Shown here in pieces: positions 37,720-49,653 of a stretch of 64,000 bases of DNA. The translations under genes were made by a program, and so were the position numbers. The notes under the pieces are model-generated. The model was not told the origin of the DNA, did no database searches, and saw only the letters and a program-made list of their open reading frames with translations. The DNA is from an uncultured Bacilli bacterium (GTDB lineage: Bacteria > Bacillota_I > Bacilli_A > RF39 > UBA660), in contig CAKPHC010000005.1 in assembly GCA_934155645.1 (NCBI GenBank), positions 75,819-139,818 on the forward strand, given 5' to 3'. Positions within the stretch are counted from its first letter, which is position 1. Every line of letters starts with the position of its first letter.

Positions 37720-38214
37720 GTGGCAAACGAAAAAATTCTAGCTAAAAAGCAAGAAGTAATTGATGAGATTAAAGAACATGTACAAAATAGTGCAACTATC
37801 GTTTTATTCGATTATCGTGGAATCACTGATAATGAAGCAAAAGAATTAAGACGTGCTTTAAGATCAAATGATGCTGACTATAAAGTATACAAAAATACTT
37901 TAATGGCAAGAGCGCTATCTGATTTAAACATTAATCTTGATGACAGTTTAATGGGTCCAAGTGCATTAGCATTTGGTACTGATCAAATTGCACCAATTAA
38001 AGTATTATCAGATTTTGCTAAAAAGAATCCTGCTCTAATATTGAAAGTGGGTATTGTAGATGGAGAAGTATCTGATAAAGCTAAGTTAGAAGCATTATCA
38101 TCTATCCCATCAAGAGAAGGACTACTAACAATGTTAGCTGGCGGAATGATTGGAATTGCAAAAGATTTATCTATATGCTTAGATCTATATGCAAAACAAA
38201 AAGAAGAGAATTAA
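37720..38214 (+). CDS. rplJ: 50S ribosomal protein L10
   Basis: GTG start; 164 aa with L10 motifs. Confidence 0.9.
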   Translation: MANEKILAKKQEVIDEIKEHVQNSATIVLFDYRGITDNEAKELRRALRSNDADYKVYKNTLMARALSDLNINLDDSLMGPSALAFGTDQIAPIKVLSDFAKKNPALILKVGIVDGEVSDKAKLEALSSIPSREGLLTMLAGGMIGIAKDLSICLDLYAKQKEEN

Positions 38215-38237
38215 TTTAAATTAAGGAGGAAAATAAA

Positions 38238-38606
38238 ATGGCTAAATTAACAAGAGATGAATTTATTAGTGCTTTAAAAGAAATGAACCTTTTAGAAATT
38301 AAAGAATTAGTAGACGCTATGAAAGAGGAATTTGGAGTAGATCCAAGTAGTGTAGCAGTAGCTGCTGCACCAGCTGGAGCTGCTGAAGAAACTGGACCAA
38401 GTGTTGTTACAGTTACTTTAGTAAATGCTGGGGCTGCTAAAATCAACGTTATCAAAGTAATTAAAGAAATTACAGGATTAGGATTAAAAGAATCTAAAGA
38501 TATCGCTGATAACGGTGGAGCTGTTAAAGAAGGTATTTCTGTAGACGAAGCAAACGAAATCAAAGCTAAACTTGAAGAAGCTGGAGCAGAAGTAGAAGTT
38601 AAATAA
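38238..38606 (+). CDS. rplL: 50S ribosomal protein L7/L12
   Basis: Ala/Gly-rich hinge ([10 protein letters not shown]); C-terminal …[16 protein letters not shown]…. Confidence 0.95.
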   Translation: MAKLTRDEFISALKEMNLLEIKELVDAMKEEFGVDPSSVAVAAAPAGAAEETGPSVVTVTLVNAGAAKINVIKVIKEITGLGLKESKDIADNGGAVKEGISVDEANEIKAKLEEAGAEVEVK

Positions 38607-38623
38607 TTAAATTCATACTACTA

Positions 38624-38651
38624 AAAGTACGATATATGTCGTACTTTTTTT
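38624..38651 (+). terminator. rho-independent terminator
   Basis: AAAAGTACGA-TATAT-GTCGTACTTTTTTT. Confidence 0.75.
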
Positions 38652-38699
38652 CTTGAAAAAAAAGTCAAAATAAGATATTATCTATAATAGGTGAAGGCT

Positions 38700-39470
38700 A
38701 TGAAAAAGACTACTAAAAAGATAGGTATAATTATAATTGCGGTATTAATTGCTATTCTTATATTAATAGGAATATTTTCATATATTAAATACAGCAAAAA
38801 TAATGTTCATGAAGATAATAAATATGAAACGATTGATGTAAACGATAAAGAAGTAACAGAATTATTTGAGCTTACCCGTAGTGATAACACAACTTTATTT
38901 AACGGTACTGAATATGAAAATTTATATTATGTAAATGATAAGGTCATTATAAAAGAACAAGATGAATCTTTTAAATTAATGTTATCCTATGTGAATTTGA
39001 CTACTGATAATTATAAATTTCAAGATGATGGAACTGTAGAAATATCTGGAAAAGCCATAAAAAGTAATTACGAAAAATTATTTGGTAAAGGAGATTATAA
39101 ACCTTCTAGTATAAATTACTCATGTCCATCGGTTGTTCAATATGATAAGAGTAAGGATATATATTACTATAGCGAAGCTTGTGGTATGGAAACATTAAAT
39201 GGATATATCAATAAGTTAATCGAAGCAAGAAAATATAAAGATAAAATAGAAATATATGAAAAAGTAGCATTTTACTTTGTCGATTCAGAAAATAATCAAA
39301 TAATTTATACAAAGAATAGTAATTATAGTGATTATTTAACTTCAACTAGTTATGATGGTGAGTTTGATATAAATAATTACTTAGATAATTTGAAAACATA
39401 TAAGTATACTTTCGTTTACAAAGATGGGAACTATTATTTTGATTCAGTTCAATTAATGAACAAAAATTAA
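38700..39470 (+). CDS. membrane-anchored hypothetical protein (N-terminal signal anchor, ~230-aa extracytoplasmic domain)
   Basis: MKKTTKKIGIIIIAVLIAILILIGIF… The ATG at 38700 (GGTGA 6 nt upstream) is preferred over the GTG at 38691. Confidence 0.5.
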   Translation: MKKTTKKIGIIIIAVLIAILILIGIFSYIKYSKNNVHEDNKYETIDVNDKEVTELFELTRSDNTTLFNGTEYENLYYVNDKVIIKEQDESFKLMLSYVNLTTDNYKFQDDGTVEISGKAIKSNYEKLFGKGDYKPSSINYSCPSVVQYDKSKDIYYYSEACGMETLNGYINKLIEARKYKDKIEIYEKVAFYFVDSENNQIIYTKNSNYSDYLTSTSYDGEFDINNYLDNLKTYKYTFVYKDGNYYFDSVQLMNKN

Positions 39471-39585
39471 ATATATTTATTGATTTTCTTTTAAAAATAT
39501 AGTATTATTATTAGTACGAAAGGAGTTAACTATAAATTAAAGTTTGTAGTTAACTCTTTTACTTTTCTTTTAAGGGATTGGTTAA

Positions 39586-40173
39586 ATGGGACAATATTTT
39601 AGTAACGATGAATTAAAAAGTGATTTAAAAATATTTAAAACCAGTATTTTAGGTAAAGATTATTCTTTTTATACTGATAATGGAGTTTTTTCAAAAGAAA
39701 AATTAGACTTTGGAACAAGAACTTTAATTGAAAGTTTGCCTATAGAAAGGTTAACTGGGGATATATTAGATGTTGGTTGTGGATACGGAGTAATTGATAT
39801 TATTTTAGGAAAAATAACGCAAGCTTCGTTTGAAGGTATAGATGTAAATAAAAGAGCATTACATTTAGCAGAAATGAATAAGAAATTAAATAATATTAAT
39901 AATGCTAGTTTTTATTACAGTAATACTTATGAGAATGTGGATAAGAAATACGATTTTATTATTACAAACCCACCAATAAGAGCTGGCAAAGAAGTAGTTT
40001 ACGGGATTGTTATGAACGCTAGAAATTATTTAAAAGATAATGGCGTTTTATATATAGTAATAAGAAAAGAACAAGGAGCAAAGTCAATGCTTAGAGATTT
40101 GGAAGAATACTATAACACAGAGGTAATAAACAAAAATAAAGGTTTTTTTGTAATTAAATGTGTTTTGCGTTGA
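39586..40173 (+). CDS. class I SAM-dependent methyltransferase, RsmC/YbxB-like small rRNA methyltransferase
   Basis: SAM motif ILDVGCGYGVI and substrate motif ITNPPIRAG. The rplL-ybxB-rpoB position is conserved in Bacillus. Confidence 0.7.
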   Translation: MGQYFSNDELKSDLKIFKTSILGKDYSFYTDNGVFSKEKLDFGTRTLIESLPIERLTGDILDVGCGYGVIDIILGKITQASFEGIDVNKRALHLAEMNKKLNNINNASFYYSNTYENVDKKYDFIITNPPIRAGKEVVYGIVMNARNYLKDNGVLYIVIRKEQGAKSMLRDLEEYYNTEVINKNKGFFVIKCVLR

Positions 40174-40268
40174 CATCTTGCTTGAAATATGCTAATAATA
40201 TAAATTGGCAACGTATTAGATTGAGTGAATATGTTCTTTGATTAAATTATAGTATAGGGGTGAAATAA

Positions 40269-43200
40269 GTGGCATATAAGATAATTAATTGTGGTAACCA
40301 CCGCCAGAGAAGAAGTTTCTCTAGAATCAAAAATACTTACGAACTAAAGGATTTGCTAGAAATCCAAAAAAAATCATATCAATGGTTTGTTGAAACAGGA
40401 ATAAAGGAAGTTTTCGATGACCTATTCCCCGTAGAAAATTTTTCAGGTACTTTGTCATTAGAATTTGGAGATTATCATTTTGATGAACCAAGATATTCTA
40501 TTAAGCAAAGCAAAGACCGTGAAACAACATATGCGGCACCTTTAAAGGTAGAAGTCCGTCTTTTTAATCATGAAACAGGTGAGGTAAAAGAACAAGAAAT
40601 ATTCTTAGGGGACATGCCTTTAATGACTGATAGCGGAACTTTCGTTATTAATGGTGCAGAACGTGTAATTGTTTCTCAATTAGTAAGATCTCCAAGCGTA
40701 TATTTCAATAAGGAAATAGATAAAAGTGGAAGACCTTCTATTACTTCACAAATAATTCCAACACGTGGAACTTGGCTAGAATTTGAAACAGATGCCAGGG
40801 ATGTTTTGTATGTAAGAATTGATAGAACAAGAAAAGTTCCATTAACTACATTACTACGTGCTTTCGGATTATCAAGTGATGAGGATATTCTAAAGTTATT
40901 TGGTAAAGATGAATATCTTGAGAATACTTTAGCAAAAGATTCAACTAGAAATACAGATGAAGCATTAATTGAAATTTATGAAAAATTAAGACCAGGTGAA
41001 CCTGCAACTCTTGATTCTTCTAAAAACCAAATTATTACTAGATTCTTTGATGAGTTTAGATATGACTTAGCAAGAGTAGGACGTTATAAATTTAATCGTA
41101 AATTAAATGTTTTAGATAGGGTTTTAAATCAAACTATTGCTGAAGACATTAAAGTTAATGGTGAAGTAGTAGTTGCTAAAGACACTTTAGTAACTAAAGA
41201 AGTACTAGATACATTAAAACCTATATTTGCTGATGGTTATAATGTAACCAGTGCTAAAATAAATGAAGATTTAGATAATTTAGATAAAATTCAAACTGTT
41301 AAAATCTACAATCCTTCTAACAAAAAAGAAGTTATTACTTTAATAGGTAATGACCAAACATTAGAAGTTAAGAGATTAACTATTTCTGATTTATATGCAT
41401 CAGTATCATATTATTTAAATTTATTAAAAGGAATTGGACAATTTGATGAAATAGACCATTTAGGAAATCGTCGTATTCGTCAAGTTGGTGAATTATTACA
41501 AAATCAATTTAGAATAGGTGTTTCTCGTATGGAACGTGTTATTCGTGAAAGAATGACAACTCAAGAAATGGAAGAAGTAACACCAAAAACTCTAATTAAT
41601 ATTAGACCTATTACGGCAGCTATGAAAGAATTTTTTGGTAGCAGCCAATTATCTCAATTCATGGACCAAACCAACCCAATCGCAGAGTTAACAAACAAAA
41701 GACGTTTATCTGCATTAGGTCCAGGTGGTTTATCTCGTGATAGAGCAGGTATGGAAGTGCGTGACGTTAACGCATCACACTATGGTAGAATCTGTCCAAT
41801 TGAGTCACCAGAAGGACAAAATATCGGACTTATTACATCACTTGCAAGCTATGCTAAAGTAGATGATTATGGATTCATCATGACTCCATATAGAAAAGTA
41901 AAAGATAAAGTATTAACTGATGAAGTTGATTACTTAACTGCAGATGAAGAACAAGATGTTATTATCTCTTTAGCAACAGTTACTATTGATGATAATAATA
42001 TGATGATAGATGAACAAGTTCCTGCTAGATTCCGTGGTGAAAATATTTTGGTTAAACCAGAACAAGTTGACTATGTTGACGTATCACCACAACAAGTAGT
42101 AGCAATTACAACAAGTTGTATTCCGTTCTTGGAACACGATGATGCTACTCGTGCACTAATGGGAGCAAACATGCAACGTCAATCAGTACCATTATTAAGA
42201 TCAGAAGCACCACTTGTAGGTACAGGTGTTGAATACGTAGCAGCAAAAGATTCTGGAGCTGTAGTAGTAGCAAAAGCTGATGGTATAGTTGATTATGTTG
42301 ATGCTAGAAAGATTGTTGTAAAGAATAAAGGTGGAAAAGATGAGTATCATTTGGCAAACTTTGAACTATCAAATGCTGGTACTTGTCAACATCATAGACC
42401 TATAGTTAAAGTAGGAGACACAATTAAAGCTGGTGAAGTTATAGCAGATGGTCCAAGTACAGACCAAGGAGAACTTGCACTAGGTAAAAACGTATTAGTT
42501 GCATTCATGACATTTAATGGATATAACTATGAGGATGCTGTAATCTTAAATGAAAGACTAGTAAAAGATGATGTTTATACAGGTCTTCACTTAGAAGATT
42601 ACGAAATGCAATGTCGTGAAACTAAATTAGGACCTGAAGAAATTACAAGAGATATTCCTAATGTTAGTGAAGAAGCAAGAAAAAATCTTGATGAAAATGG
42701 TATTGTAATAGTTGGCACTGAAGTTAAAGAAGGAGATATCTTAGTAGGTAAAGTAACACCAAAAGGTATGGCTGAACTTACTTCAGAAGAAAAATTATTA
42801 CACGCTATATTTGGAGAAAAGACTCGTGAAGTTAGAGATACTTCATTACGTGTTCCACATGGTGGAGATGGTATCGTTCACGATGTTAAGATTTTCTCAA
42901 GAAAAGATAATGATGAATTACCTGCAGGAGTATCTAAAGTAATTCGTGTATATATAGTTCAAAAAAGAAAAATACAAGTAGGAGATAAAATGGCTGGACG
43001 TCATGGTAACAAAGGTGTTATTTCCTTAATCCTACCTGAAGAAGATATGCCATACTTACCAGATGGTAGAACTATTGATATCATGTTAAACCCACAAGGT
43101 GTTCCTTCTCGTATGAACTTAGGACAAATCCTAGAACTTCATTTAGGTATGGCTGCAAAAGAATTAAATGTCCATGTAGCTACACCAGTATTCGATGGTG

Positions 43201-43886
43201 CTAAGACAAGTGATATTGCTGAAATGATGGAAGAAGCTAAACTTGCACCAGATGGAAAAACAGTTTTATATGATGGTAGAACAGGTACACCATTTGATAA
43301 CAGAATATCTGTTGGTGTTATGTACATGATAAAACTACATCACATGGTTGATGATAAATTACATGCACGTAGTACTGGTCCATATTCATTAGTAACTCAA
43401 CAACCTCTTGGTGGTAAGGCACAATTTGGTGGACAGAGATTTGGTGAAATGGAAGTTTGGGCATTATATGCATATGGTGCTGCACATACTCTACAAGAAA
43501 TTCTAACTGTTAAATCAGACGATGTTATCGGACGTGTTAAAGTATATGAAGCAATCGTTAAAGGACAAGAAATTAATCAAGCAGGAGTTCCAGAAAGCTT
43601 TAGAGTATTGATGAAAGAATTCCAAGCTTTAGGATTAGATATCAGTATCATCAATGATAAACATGAAGAATTACAATTAAAAGAAATCGAAGAAGAAGAA
43701 TATAAAGAAGATTTCGTTGGAAATGTTGAAGATATAGAATTACCTATTCCAACACATGAAGATGAATCAAAGGATTATGATGAAGAGTCTTTAGATGACG
43801 AAGATGAGGACTTTGACGAAGAATTCGACGATAGTGAATTTGATGATACCTTTGAAGATGATTTTATGGAAGGAGATGAAGAGTAA
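40269..43886 (+). CDS. rpoB: DNA-directed RNA polymerase subunit beta
   Basis: GTG start; conserved …[11 protein letters not shown]…SYQWF… Full length with an acidic Phe-rich C-terminal tail. Confidence 0.97.
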   Translation: MAYKIINCGNHRQRRSFSRIKNTYELKDLLEIQKKSYQWFVETGIKEVFDDLFPVENFSGTLSLEFGDYHFDEPRYSIKQSKDRETTYAAPLKVEVRLFNHETGEVKEQEIFLGDMPLMTDSGTFVINGAERVIVSQLVRSPSVYFNKEIDKSGRPSITSQIIPTRGTWLEFETDARDVLYVRIDRTRKVPLTTLLRAFGLSSDEDILKLFGKDEYLENTLAKDSTRNTDEALIEIYEKLRPGEPATLDSSKNQIITRFFDEFRYDLARVGRYKFNRKLNVLDRVLNQTIAEDIKVNGEVVVAKDTLVTKEVLDTLKPIFADGYNVTSAKINEDLDNLDKIQTVKIYNPSNKKEVITLIGNDQTLEVKRLTISDLYASVSYYLNLLKGIGQFDEIDHLGNRRIRQVGELLQNQFRIGVSRMERVIRERMTTQEMEEVTPKTLINIRPITAAMKEFFGSSQLSQFMDQTNPIAELTNKRRLSALGPGGLSRDRAGMEVRDVNASHYGRICPIESPEGQNIGLITSLASYAKVDDYGFIMTPYRKVKDKVLTDEVDYLTADEEQDVIISLATVTIDDNNMMIDEQVPARFRGENILVKPEQVDYVDVSPQQVVAITTSCIPFLEHDDATRALMGANMQRQSVPLLRSEAPLVGTGVEYVAAKDSGAVVVAKADGIVDYVDARKIVVKNKGGKDEYHLANFELSNAGTCQHHRPIVKVGDTIKAGEVIADGPSTDQGELALGKNVLVAFMTFNGYNYEDAVILNERLVKDDVYTGLHLEDYEMQCRETKLGPEEITRDIPNVSEEARKNLDENGIVIVGTEVKEGDILVGKVTPKGMAELTSEEKLLHAIFGEKTREVRDTSLRVPHGGDGIVHDVKIFSRKDNDELPAGVSKVIRVYIVQKRKIQVGDKMAGRHGNKGVISLILPEEDMPYLPDGRTIDIMLNPQGVPSRMNLGQILELHLGMAAKELNVHVATPVFDGAKTSDIAEMMEEAKLAPDGKTVLYDGRTGTPFDNRISVGVMYMIKLHHMVDDKLHARSTGPYSLVTQQPLGGKAQFGGQRFGEMEVWALYAYGAAHTLQEILTVKSDDVIGRVKVYEAIVKGQEINQAGVPESFRVLMKEFQALGLDISIINDKHEELQLKEIEEEEYKEDFVGNVEDIELPIPTHEDESKDYDEESLDDEDEDFDEEFDDSEFDDTFEDDFMEGDEE

Positions 43887-46800
43887 TGATAGAAGTAAAT
43901 AAATTTGAAGCCTTAAAGATAGGTATTGCATCTCCAGATAAAATACGTGAATGGTCATATGGTGAAGTAAAAAAGCCAGAAACTATTAACTATAGAACAC
44001 TACGTCCAGAACGTGATGGATTGTTCTGCGAAAAAATCTTTGGACCAACTAAAGATTTTGAGTGTGCTTGTGGAAAGTACAAAAGAGTAAGATATAAAAA
44101 TATTGTTTGTGATAGATGTGGAGTAGAAGTAACTCGTAGTAAAGTAAGACGTGAAAGAATGGGACATATTGAGTTAGCTTCTCCAGTGTCACATATTTGG
44201 TTCTTTAAAGGTGTTCCATCTCGTATGGGATTAGTACTAGATATGTCACCAAGAGATCTTGAAGAAGTATTATACTTTGTTAGTTATGTAGTAATTGATA
44301 AAGGTATTGCTCCTTTAGAAAATAAACAAACATTATCTGAAAAAGAATATCGTCAATACTATGAAAAATATGGTAATGGTTTCCGTGTAGGCATGGGTGC
44401 TGAAGCAATTAAGGAATTATTACAAAAAGTAGATATTGAAAAAGAATTAGAAGAAATTACAAAAGAATTAGAGGGAGCTCAAGGACAAAAGAGAACGAGA
44501 TTGTTAAAACGTATTGATGTTCTTGATGCATTCCATAAATCTGGTAACCGTCCAGAATGGATGATTCTAGATTGTATTCCAGTTATACCTCCAGAATTAA
44601 GACCAATGATTCAATTGGATGGTGGTAGATTTGCAACAAGTGATTTAAATGATTTATATCGTCGTGTTATTAACCGTAATAATCGTTTAAAGAAATTAAT
44701 AGATTTAAAAGCTCCAGGTATCATTATTCAAAACGAAAAACGTATGTTACAAGAGGCAGTTGACGCTCTATTTGACAACGGAAGACGTGGAAGAAGTGTT
44801 ACTGGTGCAGGAAATCGTCCTTTGAAATCACTTTCTAGTATGTTAAAAGGTAAACAAGGTCGTTTCCGTCAAAACTTATTAGGAAAACGTGTCGACTATT
44901 CAGGACGTTCAGTTATCGTTGTTGGTCCATCATTAAAGATGTATCAATGTGGTATTCCTAAAGAAATGGCTATTGAGTTATTTAAACCACATGTAATTCA
45001 TGGTTTAGTTTCGCGTGATATAGCTCATAATATTAAAGCTGCAAAACGTTTAATTGAAAATAGAGACCCACAAATTTGGGATGTAGTTGAAGATGTTATA
45101 AAAGAACATCCAGTTATGTTAAACCGTGCACCTACACTACATAGATTAGGTATTCAAGCATTCGAACCAGTATTAATTGGTGGTAAAGCTATCCGTCTTC
45201 ACCCATTAGTATGTCCAGCATTCAACGCTGACTTCGATGGTGACCAGATGGCTGTTCACGTACCATTATCAGAAGAAGCTCAAGCTGAAGCAAGACTTCT
45301 TATGTTAGGTGCTAACAATATCTTATCTCCAAAAAGTGGTGACCCAATCGTTACTCCATCTCAAGACATGGTATTAGGTAACTATTATCTAACTATGGAA
45401 AAAGCTGGAGAAGATGGCGAAGGTCGTGTATTTAAAGATTCTAACGAAGCATTAATGGCATATGAAAGACGTGAATTAACACTTCATACAAGAATTGCTT
45501 TACCAGTAGATTCATTTAAACACAAATTATTTACTGAAGGTCAAAAAGGTAAATATTTAGTAACTACTGTAGGTAAGTTAAAATTTAATGAAATATTACC
45601 AGATTCATTTGCATATTTAAATGAACCAACATTAGATAATATTCAAGGTATTACTCCAAATAAATACTTTATTGAAAAAGGACAAAATATTCCTGAAGTA
45701 ATTAAAGGAATGGAATTAGTAAAACCTTTCCCTAAAGGAACACTAGAAAATATTATTGCTCAAGTATTCAAACGTTATAAAACTACTGAAACTTCTATAA
45801 TGTTGGATAAATTAAAAGATTTAGGATTTAAATATTCAACAATTGCAGGTATTACTATTTCAATTAGTGACGTTGTTACTAGTGATAAGAAAAATGAAAT
45901 TATAGCAGAAGCTAAAAAAGTAGTTGATAAAATAAATAAACAATACCAACGTGGTTTAATTACTGACGATGAAAGATTCCAAAAAGTAATTGCTACATGG
46001 GATGACGCTAAAGGACAAGTTCAAAAAGAGCTATCTGAAAAAGCAAATAAATATGTTGATAACCCAATCTTCATGATGATGCACTCAAAAGCGCGTGGTT
46101 CAATTTCTAACTTTACACAAATCGCTGGTATGCGTGGTATCATGTCAAAACCAGATGGTACTCCAGTTGAAATTCCTATTACATCTAACTTTAGAGAAGG
46201 TTTATCGGTTGCTGAATTCTTCTTATCAACACATGGTGCACGTAAAGGTAGTGCCGATACAGCTCTTAAAACTGCTGACTCTGGATACTTAACTAGACGT
46301 TTAGTTGATGTATCTCAAGATATTATCGTAAGAGAAGCAGATTGTGGAACTGAAAATGGTGTAGTTGTACGTGAATTTGTTAACGATAAGACAGGCGAAG
46401 TAATTGAAAAACTATATGACCGTATTGTTGGTAGATATACAAACAAGAAAGTTATTAATCCAGAAACTAAAGAAGTTATTGCTGATAAATTAGAATACAT
46501 TACTGAAGCAATTGCTGATAAGATAATTAAAGCTGGAATTAAAGAAGTAGAAATAAGAACAACATTGACTTGTGATACAGTTAATGGTGTATGTCAAAAA
46601 TGTTATGGACGTAACCTTGCTACAGGTAATATTGTAGAGGTCGGTGAAGCTGTTGGTATCATGGCTGCTCAATCAATCGGTGAACCAGGTACACAGTTAA
46701 CAATGAGAACATTCCATACTGGTGGTGTTGCTGGTGGAGAAGATATTACTCAAGGTTTACCACGTATTCAAGAATTATTTGAAGCAAGAATTCCAAAAGG

Positions 46801-47518
46801 AAAATCTACAATTGCTGAAATTAATGGTCAAGTATCAAAAATTGAAGAGGACCATGGTAAATTTAGAATTAGCGTTACAAACAAACTTGAAACTAAGGAG
46901 CATGTATCAAATTATGGAGCTAAACTTCGTGTAGCATTAAATGATACAGTTGTTGCTGGGGATAAATTAACAGAAGGTGCTATTAGTCCAAAAGAATTAT
47001 TAGCAGTAACTGACCCACTTACAACTCAAGAATATATCTTGAAAGAAGTTCAAGGTGTATATCGTAGCCAAGGTGTTGATATATCTGATAAACACGTAGA
47101 AATTATTGCTAAACGTATGATTTCTAAGATAAGAATCGTAGAGTCAGGTGACACTAAATTCTTACCAGGAGCTCTTGTAAATTATAGACAATTTACGGAT
47201 GGTAACAAAGAAGTAATCATTAATGGTAAACGTCCTGCTACAGGTAAACCAATCTTACTTGGTATTACTAAAGCATCACTAGAAACTGATTCATTCTTAT
47301 CTGCTGCATCATTCCAAGAAACAACAAGAATTCTTACAGATGCTGCAATAAGAGGAAAAGTTGATACATTACAAGGATTAAAAGAAAACGTTATCATTGG
47401 TAAATTAATTCCTGCTGGTACAGGTGCTAGACAATATAAAAACGTTGAATATGAATTAGCATCTCAATTTATTGATGAAGAACCAATAGATAAACTAGAA
47501 GATGAATTAATGGAATAA
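43886..47518 (+). CDS. rpoC: DNA-directed RNA polymerase subunit beta'
   Basis: Zn-binding CX2C motifs, NADFDGD catalytic motif, trigger loop. Confidence 0.97.
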   Translation: MIEVNKFEALKIGIASPDKIREWSYGEVKKPETINYRTLRPERDGLFCEKIFGPTKDFECACGKYKRVRYKNIVCDRCGVEVTRSKVRRERMGHIELASPVSHIWFFKGVPSRMGLVLDMSPRDLEEVLYFVSYVVIDKGIAPLENKQTLSEKEYRQYYEKYGNGFRVGMGAEAIKELLQKVDIEKELEEITKELEGAQGQKRTRLLKRIDVLDAFHKSGNRPEWMILDCIPVIPPELRPMIQLDGGRFATSDLNDLYRRVINRNNRLKKLIDLKAPGIIIQNEKRMLQEAVDALFDNGRRGRSVTGAGNRPLKSLSSMLKGKQGRFRQNLLGKRVDYSGRSVIVVGPSLKMYQCGIPKEMAIELFKPHVIHGLVSRDIAHNIKAAKRLIENRDPQIWDVVEDVIKEHPVMLNRAPTLHRLGIQAFEPVLIGGKAIRLHPLVCPAFNADFDGDQMAVHVPLSEEAQAEARLLMLGANNILSPKSGDPIVTPSQDMVLGNYYLTMEKAGEDGEGRVFKDSNEALMAYERRELTLHTRIALPVDSFKHKLFTEGQKGKYLVTTVGKLKFNEILPDSFAYLNEPTLDNIQGITPNKYFIEKGQNIPEVIKGMELVKPFPKGTLENIIAQVFKRYKTTETSIMLDKLKDLGFKYSTIAGITISISDVVTSDKKNEIIAEAKKVVDKINKQYQRGLITDDERFQKVIATWDDAKGQVQKELSEKANKYVDNPIFMMMHSKARGSISNFTQIAGMRGIMSKPDGTPVEIPITSNFREGLSVAEFFLSTHGARKGSADTALKTADSGYLTRRLVDVSQDIIVREADCGTENGVVVREFVNDKTGEVIEKLYDRIVGRYTNKKVINPETKEVIADKLEYITEAIADKIIKAGIKEVEIRTTLTCDTVNGVCQKCYGRNLATGNIVEVGEAVGIMAAQSIGEPGTQLTMRTFHTGGVAGGEDITQGLPRIQELFEARIPKGKSTIAEINGQVSKIEEDHGKFRISVTNKLETKEHVSNYGAKLRVALNDTVVAGDKLTEGAISPKELLAVTDPLTTQEYILKEVQGVYRSQGVDISDKHVEIIAKRMISKIRIVESGDTKFLPGALVNYRQFTDGNKEVIINGKRPATGKPILLGITKASLETDSFLSAASFQETTRILTDAAIRGKVDTLQGLKENVIIGKLIPAGTGARQYKNVEYELASQFIDEEPIDKLEDELME

Positions 47519-47520
47519 TA

Positions 47521-47546
47521 AAAGGACCTTGCCGGTCCTTTTTTCG
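47521..47546 (+). terminator. rho-independent terminator
   Basis: AAAGGACC-TTGCC-GGTCCTTTTTT. Confidence 0.75.
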
Positions 47547-47593
47547 TTGTAAAAAAGTAATAAATGTAATAAAATATTATTGGTGAATATAAT

Positions 47594-47725
47594 ATGTTTA
47601 AATTAAATAATAAAGGCTGGGGATTAGGAGAAATGATTGGATTTTTAATAATATTATTTCTTGCATTACTAGTTGTATCATTTCTAGCTCATAAATATGG
47701 CAACATTTTAACGATTATTATATAA
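47594..47725 (+). CDS. possible small hydrophobic peptide (43 aa, one TM)
   Basis: MFKLNNKGWGLGEMIGFLIILFLALLVVSFLAHKYGNILTIII with GGTGA 9 nt upstream. Not in the supplied ORF track because it is shorter than 60 aa. Confidence 0.25.
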   Translation: MFKLNNKGWGLGEMIGFLIILFLALLVVSFLAHKYGNILTIII

Positions 47726-47727
47726 AT

Positions 47728-47758
47728 AAAAGAGTTCTACTTTGAACTCTTTTTTTGG
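47728..47758. terminator. bidirectional terminator overlapping the 3' end of mscL
   Basis: AAAGAGTTC-TACTT-TGAACTCTTT with T-runs on both strands. Confidence 0.6.
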
Positions 47759-48180
47759 TCTTTCTTTAATAAATCTCTTATTTCTTCCAGTAATATAACT
47801 TCGTCACTTTTTTTAGGAGGTTCGCTCTTTTTTTCTTCATGTTTTTTAACAAATAGTTTATTTATAAATTTGATGAAGACAAATATACAAAAAGCAATAA
47901 TTAGAAAGTCAATTACATTTTGAATGAAGGCACCATATGCTACATTAGCATCACCTATTTTAATAGATAAATTTGATAAATCTTTACCACCTATTATAAT
48001 TCCAATAAGTGGTGTAATTATATCGTTTACTAGTGATGAAACTATTTTACTAAACGCACCACCAACTACAACACCAACAGCTAGGTCTAAAACATTACCT
48101 CTTGCAATAAATGTTTTGAATTCATTGAAAAACTTATTAACCTCTTTTTTCTTGTCATTGATTTTAACTTTTTCCATCAT
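47737..48180 (-). CDS. mscL: large-conductance mechanosensitive channel
   Basis: …[23 protein letters not shown]…, two TMs, with a longer than usual N-terminus. Confidence 0.9.
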   Translation of the reverse strand: MMEKVKINDKKKEVNKFFNEFKTFIARGNVLDLAVGVVVGGAFSKIVSSLVNDIITPLIGIIIGGKDLSNLSIKIGDANVAYGAFIQNVIDFLIIAFCIFVFIKFINKLFVKKHEEKKSEPPKKSDEVILLEEIRDLLKKDQKKSSK

Positions 48181-48227
48181 ATAAACACCTCATAATCATT
48201 ATAACATCATTAATAATTTATAGAAAT

Positions 48228-49493
48228 TTATTTTTTTGCATTTGTATATATTGTTTTAGTAACAACACTACTATTTTTACGTTTGAATTCTTTGTTTAAA
48301 TAATTGTAATAAGCACCAGGAGTAATGATACCATTAATCTTTAATAAATCACTACCAGTAGCACCTAATACATTATCTACTAGCTTAACGCAGTTAGTTG
48401 AAAACAAGAAATATGTTTTCCATTTGCCTTTGCTAAATTTATAAAATTTTGCATTAGTATGTCTATATAGCACACTAGCGTAATCTATAAATTTCTGTGA
48501 ACTATCCAATTCTTGCTGACATTTCCATCGATAAGCATATTCTTGAACTTTTTCAAGTTCTTTTTTTATTCGTTCCTTTTGATAAGGAGTTAGTGATATA
48601 CCAAAAGAAAAAATAGTTTTTTTGGAATGGACAGTACAAAATTTTAAATATTTACTTTTTCCTTTGATTGTAAAAAACGTACCATCGCCTAAAGCATCAA
48701 ATAATCTTTTAGAAGATTCATCGTAGCAGCCATAAGAATAAACTGTATTATCAAAGCATAAATCAGCATGACCTATTTTACCAACAGCAGTATTTTTTAC
48801 ATGTATAAATATTTCCAAGTCTACTTTACCACTTGTATTTTTATTATTGATGTGAACTGGGGTAACATATTTTTCTAATAAATTATTAATTCTAGTATAA
48901 ACTCCATAAGGAATAAGTGCAGAAACAAAGATAGGTAACGTAATTCTGAATCTTCTTTTCTTTTTAGAAAAGAAATTAGGAAATAAATCTTTAATCAAAT
49001 CATAAAGATAGGTAAAACCAAATAATATTAAATATATACCTAAGATAATAGTTAATGTTTTTATATTACTACTAGGATTTAATATCATTATAAGACTAAA
49101 TATAAAATCCACTATACCTGCTAATAGTGTTGGATGGTATCCTTTTACTTTTTCCTCTTTATAAATAATATAAGATAGTAATTTAATAATTCCGTTGATT
49201 AACATATAAAATCCAAAGATAACTGGGAACATTCCTAGAAATGTATTAGGTTTAACGAAAAAGAATATTCCTATTAACAATGTGGTTAACGATATAAATA
49301 TGTTATTTTTTTTCTTTGTTTTAATTATGTTAAAAACAAGTGATACTAATCCTAAGATACTTATTAAAAGTGATACAACAAGATGAAAAATATCTGCCGA
49401 TTCAGTTGGTAAAGCAATTATTGTTATTCCAACGCCTATAAATAAAAATGTATTGATTAACAGGGAAATCCTAGACATGTATTTCTCTTTCAT
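48228..49493 (-). CDS. membrane protein: N-terminal HdeD/DUF308-like 6-TM region, C-terminal soluble domain resembling permuted papain-fold (YiiX/NlpC-P60-like) hydrolases
   Basis: Three repeated helix pairs with a G-rich pattern. The C-terminal domain has a His (KIGHADL) before a Cys (FSTNCVKLV). Confidence 0.4.
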   Translation of the reverse strand: MKEKYMSRISLLINTFLFIGVGITIIALPTESADIFHLVVSLLISILGLVSLVFNIIKTKKKNNIFISLTTLLIGIFFFVKPNTFLGMFPVIFGFYMLINGIIKLLSYIIYKEEKVKGYHPTLLAGIVDFIFSLIMILNPSSNIKTLTIILGIYLILFGFTYLYDLIKDLFPNFFSKKKRRFRITLPIFVSALIPYGVYTRINNLLEKYVTPVHINNKNTSGKVDLEIFIHVKNTAVGKIGHADLCFDNTVYSYGCYDESSKRLFDALGDGTFFTIKGKSKYLKFCTVHSKKTIFSFGISLTPYQKERIKKELEKVQEYAYRWKCQQELDSSQKFIDYASVLYRHTNAKFYKFSKGKWKTYFLFSTNCVKLVDNVLGATGSDLLKINGIITPGAYYNYLNKEFKRKNSSVVTKTIYTNAKK

Positions 49494-49572
49494 CTTTATG
49501 CACCTCTATGTTATTTTAACATAATATTATAAAATTTCATAAAAATGATAGAAAAAATGCATATAATGTTCT

Positions 49573-49602
49573 TTGCCAAAAATATTTGTTATATGATATA
49601 AT
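49573..49602 (+). promoter_or_regulatory. promoter of the giant glucan-synthase gene (TTGCCA-18-TATAAT)
   Basis: Read directly from the sequence, about 50 nt upstream of the start. Confidence 0.45.
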
Positions 49603-49653
49603 CAAATTAGAATAATCAGGGGAAGAATTTAATAATAAAAGTAGGGAATAGAT

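Noticed and set aside
46095-46292. A 65-aa + strand ORF and several minus-strand ORFs inside rpoC.
   Set aside because: Embedded in an alternative frame of a highly conserved gene; no RBS.
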